A DNA stretch of 64,000 nt from Nemertoderma westbladi (lineage: Eukaryota > Animalia > Xenacoelomorpha). Under the pieces are notes generated by a model. It had not been told where the DNA came from. It did not search any database and worked only from the letters and a program-made list of their open reading frames with translations. Every line of letters starts with the position of its first letter. Positions within the stretch are counted from its first letter, which is position 1. This document shows positions 14,735 to 26,707 of the stretch, piece after piece. The DNA is taken from positions 1 through 64,000 of the forward strand of contig JAUCBJ010004773.1 in assembly GCA_032718475.1 (NCBI GenBank). Direction: 5' to 3'. The translations under genes were made by a program, and so were the position numbers.

Positions 14735-15315
14735 CGCCCCCTCTTGACTACAATCAGTCATTTGGAAGGCGGGAGATTTGAATCACTTAGGACCTTTGTT
14801 TGTTACTTCTGTACTTGTAACTGTAAGACACGTGGCAGATTGTGGATTTCCTTACGTTACCGGAAACCGGCAAACCAGTACTGCAGTACTTCTTTCCTTG
14901 CCAGCTTGCAATATTGCCAGACTGAATATAATACAGTACTGCAGTAGGCTACTGTAGGCTAATTGTGGTATGGTGTCGTACCAACAGACTAACCCAATAT
15001 CAGAATAGCACCTGCCTGCCTTCATGCACCACGCACTATTCCAGCTATTCACTATTGCATTGCATCACTGACTGACTTCCCACCCCACCCCATCCACCAT
15101 CCCTCTCAAATGCCAGTCTGACTCTGTTCGCTATCAAAAGCATTTGTCAATATACTAATTGTTGATGTTGTTGATAATCTGGTACCGGTAGTAGGCCTAC
15201 TACTGTACTATTCAGTTAGGCCTGTGATATAAAGTAATTCAGTTTAACTTTGTTAGGTCAGTAGGCCAATTTTCAAATATTATGCTACTGGGAAACTCGA
15301 ATTGTTGATTGGTCG

Positions 15316-15577
15316 ATGCTCAGTGTTGGGATGGAGTCATTGAAATTGGTTGTATGTGGAATTATAGTTCACATTATATTGTTTATCTCCATATTCGACA
15401 TATATTTTACCTCGCCGTTGGTCCATGGCATGCCGGATTATCGTAACGATTTACCAGCCCCAGCGAAGAGAGTCGTTCTCATATCCATTGACGGAATGCG
15501 AGCTGATAAGTTCTTTGAGTTGGATACAGACGGGGTTTCCAAGGTTCCTTTCTTACGGAATATTCTAGAAACTAAAG
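15316..15577 (+). CDS. PIGN: PIGN/MCD4 GPI ethanolamine-phosphate transferase 1, coding exon 1
   Basis: SIFDIYFTSPLVHGM...PAKRVVLISIDGMRADKFFE...PFLRNI is the PIGN N-terminus. Donor AAAG|GTCGGT at 15578, phase 1. The start could be ATG 15316 or ATG 15331. Confidence 0.92.
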
Positions 15578-16128
15578 GTCGGTCTTTATTGCAATTATGG
15601 CTTTATAGCTATGCCGCTTTGTCACATGAAATATCTTAATCCGCGTCTCTTGATCTTTACCGGCCATTTTAGACAATTTTTTGATAGATCTCAGAGCTAC
15701 GGTACAGTAGTTTTCAACTATTCTAGAAAATGGAGAACATTATCCTTAATCCTTATCCCTAAAATCATTACTACTGTAAGTTAGGGAAAATCGTAGAATG
15801 CATTGGTGTGTTATTCTAACCAAAACCATTTTATTTGAATCTAAAGTTAAGGAAACATATTTTTTATTTATAGATATAATTAACTGATGTAGAGTAGAGT
15901 ATATTAGGTATATGGGGGTACAATATATTCTCTCTTAACCTAATTTCCTACGAATCTTAATGCGGACTTCGTTATTTTATTTCCGCCTTCACTCTTTTGC
16001 TACTCGAGTTTGAAAAACATGTATCAAGTGTCACTATTGCACCAGTTGCACTGCCGTTATTTTTGTCCTATTCATATTTTTATTTATTTGTATTAACCTT
16101 TTCCATTGGTACTTCCTCCGTGTTGTAG

Positions 16129-16366
16129 GTAGTTGGGGGGTTTGCCACACTCAGCTACCCACAGAGAGCCGCCCTGGCCACGTGGCGCTGGCGGCGGGAA
16201 TCTACGAAGATGTGTCAGCGGTGGCGCGAGGCTGGAAGGAGAATCCCGTGGAGTTCGATTCCGTGTTCAATCGGAGTCGTCAAACCTTCGCCTGGGGAAG
16301 TCCCGACATACTCCCGATGTTTGCAAGAGGCGCAACAGGGAGCCACATTGTTACTCACAGTTACAG
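16129..16366 (+). CDS. PIGN: PIGN coding exon 2
   Basis: Acceptor tgttgtag|. Reads [48 protein letters not shown]...[10 protein letters not shown]...HSY, containing the catalytic TESRPGH motif. Donor ACAG|GTTAGA, phase 2. Confidence 0.93.
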
Positions 16367-17090
16367 GTTAGAGACGAACACCACTGGGCATTGTTACACA
16401 CAGTTACAGGTTAGAGACGGATACCACTGGGCATTGTTACACACAGTTTCAGGTTAGAGACGGACACCACTGGGAGCCACATTGTTACACACAGTTACAG
16501 ATTAGAGACGCCACCGGGAGCCACACTGTTACACACAGTTACAGATTAGAGACGCCACCGGGAGCCACACTGTTACACACAGTTACAGATTAGAGACGCC
16601 ACAGGGAGCCACACTGTTACTCACAGTTACAGATTAGAGACGCCACAGGGAGCCACACTGTTACTCACAGTTACAGATTAAAGACGCCTCAGGGAGCCAC
16701 ATTGTTACACACAGTTACAGATTAGAGACGCCACAGGGAGCCACACTGTTACTCACAGTTACAGATTAAAGACGCCTCAGGGAGCCACATTGTTACACAC
16801 AGTTACAGATTAGAGACGCCACCGGGAGCCACACTGTTACACACAGTTACAGATTAGAGACGCCACAGGGAGCCACACTGTTACTCACAGTTACAGATTA
16901 AAGACGCCACAGGGAGCCACATTGTTACACACAGTTACAGATTAGAGACGCCACAGGGAGCCACACTGTTACTCACAGTTACAGGTTAGAGACGCCACAG
17001 GGAGCCACATTGTTACTCACAGTTACAGGTTAGAGACGCCACAGGGAGCCACACTGTTACTCATAGTTACAGGTTAGAGACGCCACTGGG
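16335..17090. repeat. 44-bp minisatellite built from the PIGN exon 2/intron 2 junction
   Basis: Unit CCACAGGGAGCCACACTGTTACTCACAGTTACAG(G/A)TTAGAGACG, about 17 copies. The first copy is the real exon end and donor. Confidence 0.9.
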
Positions 17091-17139
17091 TGGCTGTTAA
17101 TTATGTGATTTAAAAATGTAATGTCTACGCTTTATCTGG

Positions 17140-17488
17140 CCCATGTGAAGAATACCAGACTTTCTGCCGTTATATTTCACTTTGCAGTTACCCCCATATG
17201 AAGAATACCAGACTTTCTGCCGTTATATTTCACTTTGCAGTTACCCCCATGTGAAGAATACCAGGTTTTCACCAAAAGCACAGGTTACAGAAGGGATGAA
17301 TCTAACCAAAACAATAAACGAATTATTATATGTACAGGTTATAAAACAGAAATAAGTGCTATAATTAATAAAGTAAAGTATTAAATAACACTTAATAAAG
17401 ATAAATGAAAAAAAATAAAAAATCTTCATATATAAAATTCCAATAAAAAGTCGACCGAAAAGTGAAATCCTGGTATTCTTCACATGGG
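17140..17488. mobile_element. MITE-like element with 27-bp TIRs and a tandemly amplified left end
   Basis: cccatgtgaagaataccaggttttcac (from 17246) matches the reverse complement at 17462-17488 at 26/27 positions. Extra left-end copies lie at 53-bp spacing near 17140 and 17193. Confidence 0.65.
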
Positions 17489-17801
17489 CGACTCACCCGG
17501 ATGTGGTTCAAATATAGTCCTCGGGAAACCGATCGTGACTCACAACTACCGCCCATGAACCCAAGGTGGTCCCAAGAAACTGAAACTGTACCGGAAGTGC
17601 GAGACAAGGAGAGGAGGAAAGGCAATTGAAAAAATTACATTTTTCGTAGCCGTGATGTATAATTTCATTAGCAAGCTTTAGCGAGCGACGTCAGTTATAC
17701 ATCAGCCGGGAAGAAATCCGCTGTTTTATCCACGTAATATACAAATATTTATTAACTAAAATTTAGAGTAAAGAATATTTTTAATAACGTAATTTATGAA
17801 T

Positions 17802-18842
17802 CTACGAAGAGTAAACATATTTTTCTTTCCTTCGGTAATCTCGCCACTTCTTCAAGTATTTCGTTAAAACCTTCAACCTTTCCTTGGGATGACATCGTTT
17901 TGGTTTATCGTCATTAAGATATATTTTATACATCATTTTACCAAAAGCAGAATTAATACAATGTATATTTTCTGGGGTGATTTTCTCATGACGATTGTTC
18001 CATTCCCTCAACCAAATATGCGTTGTATATTTTCCGATTGTCCAGTCGTAGTTGGCGTAGTATTGTATGCCGCTCTGCATCCATTTAGGGTAGACTAAAT
18101 CGGTGGCTATGTGAACCAAGTGGGGAAACATTTGGGAAAGTTCGGCTTGGAAGCCACAACAGGTGCAACTCCAACAATCTGGTTTATAGTTAATATAACC
18201 TTGGTAGAATAGATTCAAAAATAGAGAGGAACTCCGAGCTAAAATAACTCCATTCATTAAGGAGTTCGGTTCGTGTTCATTAACTGTGTAGTCATAGTAA
18301 CGTAGATTGTCCAATGGGCGTAGAGCGAATACGTCACCGTCTAAATATATCCCCCCGTATTCCATTAATATCTGTAATCGCAACACGTCAGCTTGATGCG
18401 GGGCCGTATATTGGGTTGAAATGGAAATGTTGAAAATGTAATCCGGAGGGGTTATCTCCTTGACAACCAGTAATGGTATAGCAAGTCTCGCCCGGTCGAA
18501 CCATGGTTCCGTGTTTCCATGACTACCGTTGAAACCGAGTCCCATATTAGTGTGGAAATAAATGGCGTCTGGTTTCATATTTTTGTATATTGATAGCAGA
18601 CAAATGTAGTGAATAAATTCGAATTCTGGTTCATGTAGCCAAATTTGGTGAACAATATTTGGGACAACTTTATAGTTATTTGGTTTTGCTTCTATTTGGG
18701 TATCAATTTTGGGGGATTTATTGTCGTTTGATTTGCAATTCGATGTTGGATCATTACTAGTCGAATACAATAAAACGCAAAAAATAAAAAGCGAATTAAT
18801 AGTAATTAAAAATGCAAATGTGTATTTGCTAACAATCCTCAT
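17802..18842 (-). CDS. DXD-motif glycosyltransferase (GT32, A4GALT/A4GNT-like), type II membrane; intronless CDS nested antisense in PIGN intron 2
   Basis: N-terminal TM helix, VPNIVHQIW, HQADVLRLQILMEYGGIYLDGD and LMNGVI motifs. Intact 346-aa ORF. Confidence 0.85.
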   Translation of the reverse strand: MRIVSKYTFAFLITINSLFIFCVLLYSTSNDPTSNCKSNDNKSPKIDTQIEAKPNNYKVVPNIVHQIWLHEPEFEFIHYICLLSIYKNMKPDAIYFHTNMGLGFNGSHGNTEPWFDRARLAIPLLVVKEITPPDYIFNISISTQYTAPHQADVLRLQILMEYGGIYLDGDVFALRPLDNLRYYDYTVNEHEPNSLMNGVILARSSSLFLNLFYQGYINYKPDCWSCTCCGFQAELSQMFPHLVHIATDLVYPKWMQSGIQYYANYDWTIGKYTTHIWLREWNNRHEKITPENIHCINSAFGKMMYKIYLNDDKPKRCHPKERLKVLTKYLKKWRDYRRKEKYVYSS

Positions 18843-20227
18843 GATAGAATGAAAGTAATTTGTTTCTACTGTAAAACATTTAGACTCAGTAAAGAAAAAT
18901 ATATAATCTACGTTTCTTATGAAATGTTGTGTTTTATTAATAAAAGGTTAATTATGAACTTTATTGACCTTTCATCTTTCCGACATAGCTTATATCAGTT
19001 ATTTGTTCATGTTATTTATTGGGTTTATAGTCCAACAATATATCGCTAGTGTGTAACACAATGTAAGAGGCGAGGCTGACACAATAGAAATATTTACAGC
19101 AAATCGTATAACCAAACAAAGTGTAGGATTATACTAGACATTTTAATAGAGACGTGAAATGTGATATTATACTATACAGTAGGTACAATAAGTGACAAAC
19201 GGCGCGTTTTAATCGGATTTGTGGAACAATAATAACTCATACTATATGACACACCTGAACCGTTATGAAAGCGAAACACAAAGGTGTGTAGTTGAATAAA
19301 TTATATTACTTTAATTACTTTATTACCTGTGTAGATAATAACCAATGTACAACACGAAATACATCCACTCGTTTTGTAACATTAATATATATTTGACAGA
19401 CTACATATTCTGTGGCACTGTGGGGTGAGCCACTTTGTTGGCGGAGCCTTAGCGAACTGACACTGATAGGAGGGGGTCGGTCAATAATGGCAAATATTTG
19501 TCGTTGTCATTGTCGTCGTATGCGTTACCATTTTGACATGCTAATAACTTTGTCGGATTTAAAGCTATCGAGTTGAAAATTAAGACCAAAAATGTTCAGA
19601 CACCATCAGTTAATCAGTGTATAGGGTTACATATCTAAACATTAAAATGTCCTCCCATTTCTTTACTTTTGATTCGTTCAAGTAGAAACTTGGCAGATTT
19701 GTACTATACCATTAGCTGTGTCATCCAAAGGAGGCAAATTCGTCTGAGGTTCTCTAGTCTGCCGATAGAGGGCTAAATGTGTCAAAGTGAAATCCTTGAC
19801 CCATTCCGTTATTTATGATCCGTTCAAACTGAAACTTCTCAGATATTGTGGGGTCCATAATCTGTATGCAGTACATTAGTCCGCCGCTAGAGGGCGAAAT
19901 ATTTGAAAATGATAACCTTCCTAATTTCTTTAAGCTGAATCTTGGAATAAATGTACCACCCAAAAGTATGGTCTTTTTGAGGAAGGTGATTCATCTGAAG
20001 TTATCCAGTCTACCGGCAGAATGCGAAATGTATGAAAGTGAAAACCTTCTCCCATTCCCGTGATTTTAAATCGTTTAGGCCGAATTTTGGCATATATGTA
20101 CTGTACTGTACTACTGTACTATTACTGTAATACTATTTACTATAATAATAGACTTTTGTTAAGGTTAATAATATTAGCAGTACAGAAGTGTATACACATA
20201 ACTGAATAAATACACATTTATGAAGAA

Positions 20228-23200
20228 TTACAAATATAAATGGTCACAATTTGTTTCGCTTGCGATAGGCTCATTATATCCATGGTCAGATAGATGAGAG
20301 CAACGCGATGTATTAGTGGTTGGCTGTTTATTCTCTAAGCATCGTTTAATCAACCATTGCTCGCGCATGTCTGGCTTTAATAAACGGGTGGATTTAATTG
20401 CTCTTCGCTTCTTTGTTGAAAACAGACGCCGCTGCAAAACTGATTTCTTATTTACAGGAGATTTACTGAGAGGAATTACGGGTAGTTTTGGCTTTGATCT
20501 TAGAGCCGTCACAAATGGCAGCAAGGATTTGGCTTTCTCCTCAACAGAAAGGAGTGTTTCCTGGTCATTAATGGTTTCTAACTTCCCCATAACTTCATAG
20601 AAAACTTTCCCAATTCGTTCTTTTATTTCAGATTGTGTAGATTTTCTAGATGCCGTTTCAGATAAAATTGAAAGAAATTGAAAGTCCTCAGCAAGTCTCT
20701 GATCGGATGAGCATAAGCTCAAAGGATGGTATGCTTGAGCATGTGGACGACTTCTGTTACCTGGGATCATGGATCCGGAAGTCAGGTGAGGACCTTCGAA
20801 TACGTAAGGGAAAGGCATGGGCAGCCTTGAATAGGCTTTCCAGGATTTGGAAGTCACCGAGAATTAATCGGAAACTTAAGGTCCGATTATTTAGAGCAGC
20901 AGTAGTTCCAGTACTCCTCTATGGGAGTCCATGCTGGGCTCTAACTGCTGAGGACACCAAATCTCTGGATGGCACATTCACAAGAATGCTACGCCGGGTT
21001 CATTGTGTCAAGTACAATGCACACATCTCCAACCAGACACTATATAACATTGGAGGTGTCTCATTGGTTCCCCCAAGCTTGACACTAGAACAAAATCGCC
21101 TCCGCTTTGCAGGACATTGCTTTCGCCGTGAGGACCAGCCAGTGCATAATCTTGTACTTTGGCAGCCTCATGGAGTGAATAAGCATGGTGGACAGCCCAT
21201 GACTTTCTTGAGACGCATCTTAAAGGACACTGGCCTTAAAGATGCGGATGATCTAGCAAATGTCATGGGTGATAGGGAGTTGTGGCGGTGCAATTTTGTT
21301 GACAAGCCGGCACAGCATTCTTAAAAATGCAGCTGCAACGCAGCATGCCGATCCTAGTAGTAGTAGTTCAGATAAAATTATGATTTCACTGGTTTCACTG
21401 ATTGGAGCTTCAACAACTTCTGTCGATTGGCATTCAATCTCTTCAATTGGGAAAGTTAAGGAAACGGACGGTTCTTCTGGTCTTGGAACGTCTATTCTGG
21501 AATGGTCTTCATTGCCAATAGTATCAAAAGGTCCCCGATTAGTGCGGGCTACTAAATGGATATGCTTACATATTGTAAGCCTCAAGGAGTTATCGGGACA
21601 ACTGCAGTCGTAAGTATGACAGCATATTTCACAGTATTTACATAGAAATGGACAAGATATATAACTGTGAACTGCATTATTGTGCGTCACAGTATATACT
21701 TCACCACTATTGGAAAGACTTTTGACATCCCAAGTATGTGCACCAGTGAACGAAACATCATAAACTCATAAACACAATATCCAGGAGGTAACCAATAGTA
21801 TCTTTTACAACATTAAGAAAAACCTTCATAGCGCTCGTATCAACTTTATTACTATAGCAAAATGATGCCGGAAATCCCTCTCCATGGTCGTCAATCACGA
21901 GGAGTGTTGTCAACTGAAAGTCGTACTGGTTCAGACCGTGGGTTGAGTCCATCGCAATTTCAGATCCGGCAATTCCATATTTTTTTAACATGTAAAGTTG
22001 GAGGTCGGAGATAATAATTAACATAAAATCGTTTGAATCTAGTAATTCGCTCCCATTGTCACCTTGAAACTTTGCGAATCGGACAACATTCTCACCACTG
22101 GCTTTATTTATTTCAATCCACGCAGCTACACTCTCTGCGTCATTCTTGTGATACAAGTAGGCACTGTTTAATCCGAAATCACGAGCAATATTTGTAATGT
22201 CTTGTTTGGTTATTAAGTGCAAACGTGAAACGTTAGAATTATCAAGTTCCAAGCGTACTGAGTCCAGAACATCATCCATTGAAATACCGGCTGCAAGTTT
22301 ACCTGCAACTTCAACTCTTTCTTGCATCGTTAACTTCAAGTGGCACAATTCAGAATCATGACCTACATGGTTCGGCTGGTAGGTAACATCAACAACTCCT
22401 AAAACAAATACAGTACAATTATTAAAGTCAGTTAGTGTAAGAAAAAAACAGTTTTTGTAAATAAGGACCTAGCATTTGACAGACCTCACGCACCCCACTT
22501 GCTCACCCCACGCACATAATACAATTACGTTGTGTTGGATATTGAGTTCCGTTTTGGAGTACTTCTTGCAGACACTAAAGTTGCAATAACTTTTGAGTAC
22601 CGGTATGTGCATGGATTTTGCTCAAATTATGTGCAAACCTTTTCTACTTCGATGCACTTTCGAAAAGTGATACTTTTTTTCCTAGGGAAAAAATGGTCCT
22701 TTTTCTCCCGATTTTGGGGGATATTCTGATCAAAAAGTAACAATTTAAGAATATAAAATAGTTTTAAAAAAATAAATAATAACGCACCTGAATTATGAAA
22801 GCGTGCAGTAATTGCCCCGGGACAAAAACTATTAATTTTACATGATCCTTGAACATTCGATTCTTTCTTAGTATTTTGGGGTTTGTAGTTTCCACTTCTA
22901 AAGCAGGTAAAGTATCTCACAACAGTTTCCTCGCTAACTATCTTTCTTGGCCCGGTATTGGAATTGTACCTCTGTTGGGTAGACGATTCTTCCTCTTGTT
23001 TCCAAATGTAAAACTCCGATTTTGACTGAAAACTTAATTTCTGCTCTTCAAGCAACCTGCTTTCATGTTCATCGGCAAAATGCTGTATAAGATCATTTCT
23101 TCGTTTGCAGTGAAAGTTGCAACTCCCTTTCGCAGGACAATGTATTAAATTACGTAAAGAGCCATGATCAGCTTGAGCGATTTTGGATGATTCGCTCTTT

Positions 23201-23475
23201 TGTTTCCGCCCACGCGAAAACTTATTTATCATATTGTGCACCGTTCTTCCATGTGCGTATAACGTTGAATTTCTTGTAAAACTCGATCCACAAATGGTGC
23301 AGATAATAGGCGTACGAACTGTAGTAGCGGTACCGGTACTCGTATTGGCACCATCCGACCTTCTTCTTCCTACTTTGGCTTCTATATACGCGTTGTGAAC
23401 ATTACGTTGGTGGGCATTAAAGCTCGATTGTCGGGAAAAGCTTCTATTACACAATGTGCAATAATAATCGTCCAT
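20228..23475 (-). pseudogene. C2H2-ZnF/MULE-transposase/SWIM gene (Mutator-like), disrupted
   Basis: Exon 23475-22788 has C2H2 fingers and YFTCFRSG...SCKINSFCPG. A phase-1 GT-AG intron spans 22787-22399. The MULE core (MDSTHG...LTTLLVIDDHGEGFP...VFMS) is truncated at 21758. SWIM motif CSCPD...CKHIHLV follows. The C-terminus rejoins in frame (IILSE|TASRKS) once the LINE insertion is removed. Confidence 0.8.
20670..21366 (+). mobile_element. 5'-truncated RTE-clade LINE (copy A) with (TAG)n tail and 13-bp TSD
   Basis: RT C-terminus (FCYLGS...LLYGS...RLRFAGHC), nearly identical to 30282-30967. TSD TTCAGATAAAATT at 20657-20669 and 21367-21379. Confidence 0.92.
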
Positions 23476-23622
23476 ACTCCATATATCACTGTATCAATAA
23501 CATCGGTAGGCCTACAGTCTGACAGTAATATTTCTATTACACAATGTGCAATAATAATCGTCCATACTCCATATATCACTTGTATCAATAACATCGGTAG
23601 GCCTACAGTCTGACAGTAATAT
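23442..23622. repeat. ~90-bp tandem duplication covering the MULE-gene start codon
   Basis: ttctattacacaatgtgcaataataatcgtccat...gacagtaatatt occurs at 23442 and 23532. Confidence 0.9.
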
Positions 23623-23940
23623 TTACGACATCTGGACATATCCCTGTATCCAGATATCAAGCAGATAGCTAGATAGCAGATAGTCCTAGGCATAATACAG
23701 TAATACCGCACACTGCTATACTTAACCGGCAAATATTCGAATTTCCCGCCCCGCAGCCATTTCAAAGTGTTCGGTAATGACCCGCTTGTGACTGGTAATG
23801 CAGTACACAGTACAGCACAGCAGTAACTGAGTAATGTCGGTACCGATACTACTGTACTACTGCCTGCAGTACAGCAATAGACTGATAGAGCCTAGGCCTA
23901 TACCTATTTATAACGGATATTGGATAGGCCTAGATCATAG

Positions 23941-25050
23941 ATGGATATGGATAATGATTTATCTGGAAGCGACGCTGATAAACCACCAGCTCTGCCTCCA
24001 AAATTAGGTATCGGTAGGTCAACTAAACAACAATGTAGAGTTCTGCTGAATCAACCGCAGGGCATGCATGCTCCACAAGTTCTAACGAATCGAGCCCAAG
24101 CGGCCCACGTTCCGCAAGTTCTGGTGAACCAATCCCACGCAGCCCACGGTCCACAAGTTCTAACGAACCAACCTCAGCGTCCACAAGATCAACCACGTCA
24201 ACCCCAGGGACCCTCGGGCTACTGGGTAGGCCTCCCTCCCTACTCGTCCCCGTTGCGCCGTATCGCAAAACAATCAGAGACGACGAACCAATCCAGTACC
24301 GTTACCGGTAGTAAGGGAAGTAAACTCGATAGTAATATAAACAATGCCGACACGGACAACTACAATCTATACTTACAGGAATATTTACTTATGAACGAAT
24401 ATAAACTGTTGGCGGAGCGAGATATCCCCGGTATGTATCTCGTCCCGTCGGCTCAGTCGCCATACTGTTGGCACGGCGTGCTGTTTGTTAGGGAAGGCTA
24501 TTACCGCAGCGGCAAGTTTCGCTTTTCCCTTTTCATCCCGCGGGATTTCCCGGATGGCGGCGGTGTCCCGCGTCTAGTCTTCGATATCCCCATCTTCCAT
24601 CCGCGAGTCGATCCAAAAACCGGGGAGTTTTCCTTGGGGAACGAGTTCCGATCATGGCGTCGGAATGTGAACCACATCCACGATATTGTTGAGTTCACAA
24701 GGAGTTCCTTTTACGATATCGATTCAACGAGTTTCGTGAACGAAAAGGCGACTGATTTATATCGAACTGACCGACGGCAGTTCGACTTTCTTGTCTCCCA
24801 ATCAGTTCGGTTATCTAACGAACACATCTACGAATCGTCTTCCACCACCGATATGAACTTCATTGAGTTCTCTTCACTTTCCACTGATAATCTTTCTACT
24901 TACACTAAACTTATGCTGGAATCATCCTGCCTTCTCAATCAATCCCCTTCCCATTTGGACCCCCACATTCGGGTGCCGAGATATTTGGCTTATCTTCACG
25001 AGAAAGCCATCGCTTCTACATCGAACTCCGTGCGAATTGATTCTAAATAA
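23941..25050 (+). CDS. AKTIP: AKTIP/FTS (crossbronx-like) ubiquitin-conjugating-enzyme variant; intronless, nested on the same strand in PIGN intron 2
   Basis: YLQEYLLMNEY...IPGMYLVPSAQSPYCWHGVLFVREGYY..GKFRF...PIFHPRVDPKTGE...WRRNVNHI, with no catalytic Cys. Q/P-rich N-terminal extension. AATAAA overlaps the stop codon. Confidence 0.88.
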   Translation: MDMDNDLSGSDADKPPALPPKLGIGRSTKQQCRVLLNQPQGMHAPQVLTNRAQAAHVPQVLVNQSHAAHGPQVLTNQPQRPQDQPRQPQGPSGYWVGLPPYSSPLRRIAKQSETTNQSSTVTGSKGSKLDSNINNADTDNYNLYLQEYLLMNEYKLLAERDIPGMYLVPSAQSPYCWHGVLFVREGYYRSGKFRFSLFIPRDFPDGGGVPRLVFDIPIFHPRVDPKTGEFSLGNEFRSWRRNVNHIHDIVEFTRSSFYDIDSTSFVNEKATDLYRTDRRQFDFLVSQSVRLSNEHIYESSSTTDMNFIEFSSLSTDNLSTYTKLMLESSCLLNQSPSHLDPHIRVPRYLAYLHEKAIASTSNSVRIDSK

Positions 25051-26707
25051 AACCCGATTTAATATATTTCTATCAATTATTTCGTTTTGCCTAGCAATTA
25101 TTGTTAGTAACCTCTTGTAATATTTTATTGTCGTTTTAGCGACGTTTTGATTTCGTTTTCGAACTAATCCGTTTTAATGATTAAGTGCAGTTTTTCATTT
25201 ACCTGCCAATTATGATGCAGAGCAGGGTAGTTTTCATGTTCTAGTGTTTCTTTATATAAGTGCACCTCAGAAAAAAATAGCCTAATTTATCTCATCATCC
25301 TCCAACAACAGCCGTTGTTAGTTCTTTTTAATGAATTTTATTATATTTTACTTCATTATGGTGCACGTTATATGATGGCACTGTTGTTATGTTAAAGGTT
25401 CACGCAAGATTAGCTGATCCAACAGTTCTTTATCTATACCTACTTACTTACGTTCTAATAGTTACTTTCATATTATTAAATTGCTGGGGGTTTAATATTA
25501 ATTCACCATTTTATATTGTTAATTTAGAAAAGCCTTTTTATCTTGTCTTAGTTCAATTTATATTTCTTAGTGGCGAATTATTCTTTATGCTGTTGATTGA
25601 GTATGATATATTCTAACAGGTTATTAAGTGCATTGTAATTTGTGAGGTTTGATTACGAAATCGACCGTTACGAATTAATATTTCACAGGACAACCTGAGA
25701 AATGTAGAGAGAAACGCCAAACGTTAAAAGTGACATCACAAACGGAATCACCGACTAGAAATACTCCACAGCAAAAATTAGCAGTTAGTTTTTAGTTAGT
25801 ATTTATATTTTTCGACTGAAAGACAAACAGACTGAATTATAGATAGAGAGACATACCTTACTATCGGTTCTACATTTTGAAAACTTGTAAACTATTATTT
25901 ATTGCAATTGAATTTAAATCGTCGACAATGAAAACCCCGTTAGAGGAGAAAATAGTAAAGTGATGTTGCTTCTTATTTTTTGACAAACAGACAGTTAGCC
26001 AAGCCACACGGAGATCACTTTTCCACTTCAATGCAGTAAATTTGCGACGCGAGATAGGGGATAGAGAAGACGTTACGGTTAGATAGATGCGGTGAACGGA
26101 ACCCCCCCCCCCCCCCCCCCCCCCTCATTTGCCCAAACTATCGATCTAAATTGTTTAGATGTGTAATTCTCGTTCTATCATCACGAACTAGAGTATGCGT
26201 AAACCAGGCTTTGAGCCCTCCCACGACCTTTAAGGTCATAAAAAACCTGAGAGGAGTTGAAAGTTCTGCAAAAGAAATACACCTGACCTGAAGATTCATT
26301 GAAAAAAGATGAAAAAATACAATAAACTAACAAGTAATATTCCGATGACAACACCCTTGGTGGGGAATTTCAAAACCTTCATATTTATTGCCTGAGAAAT
26401 ACTTTCCTTTGCTAAGAGAGACATTTTGTGATACATTTCTCGTGAGGTGCGTAATTTATTTTGGAAGAGAAGAATACATTCATATTCACACAATTCGAAC
26501 TAATTAATTGGTTCGGTAAATGCAACCTATCCATGGTTGCTTTATTGTGTGTAATAGAACACTTTATATAAGATTAAATGTGCGAGTAATTAGGACACCG
26601 TCCACGCGACTTTACATGATGGTAGTTGATGACTTAGTTTTAATTAATTAATAATAAATAATTCCATACCTTGAATGAATAAACACGTTAAACGGTGTCT
26701 TCCAAAT

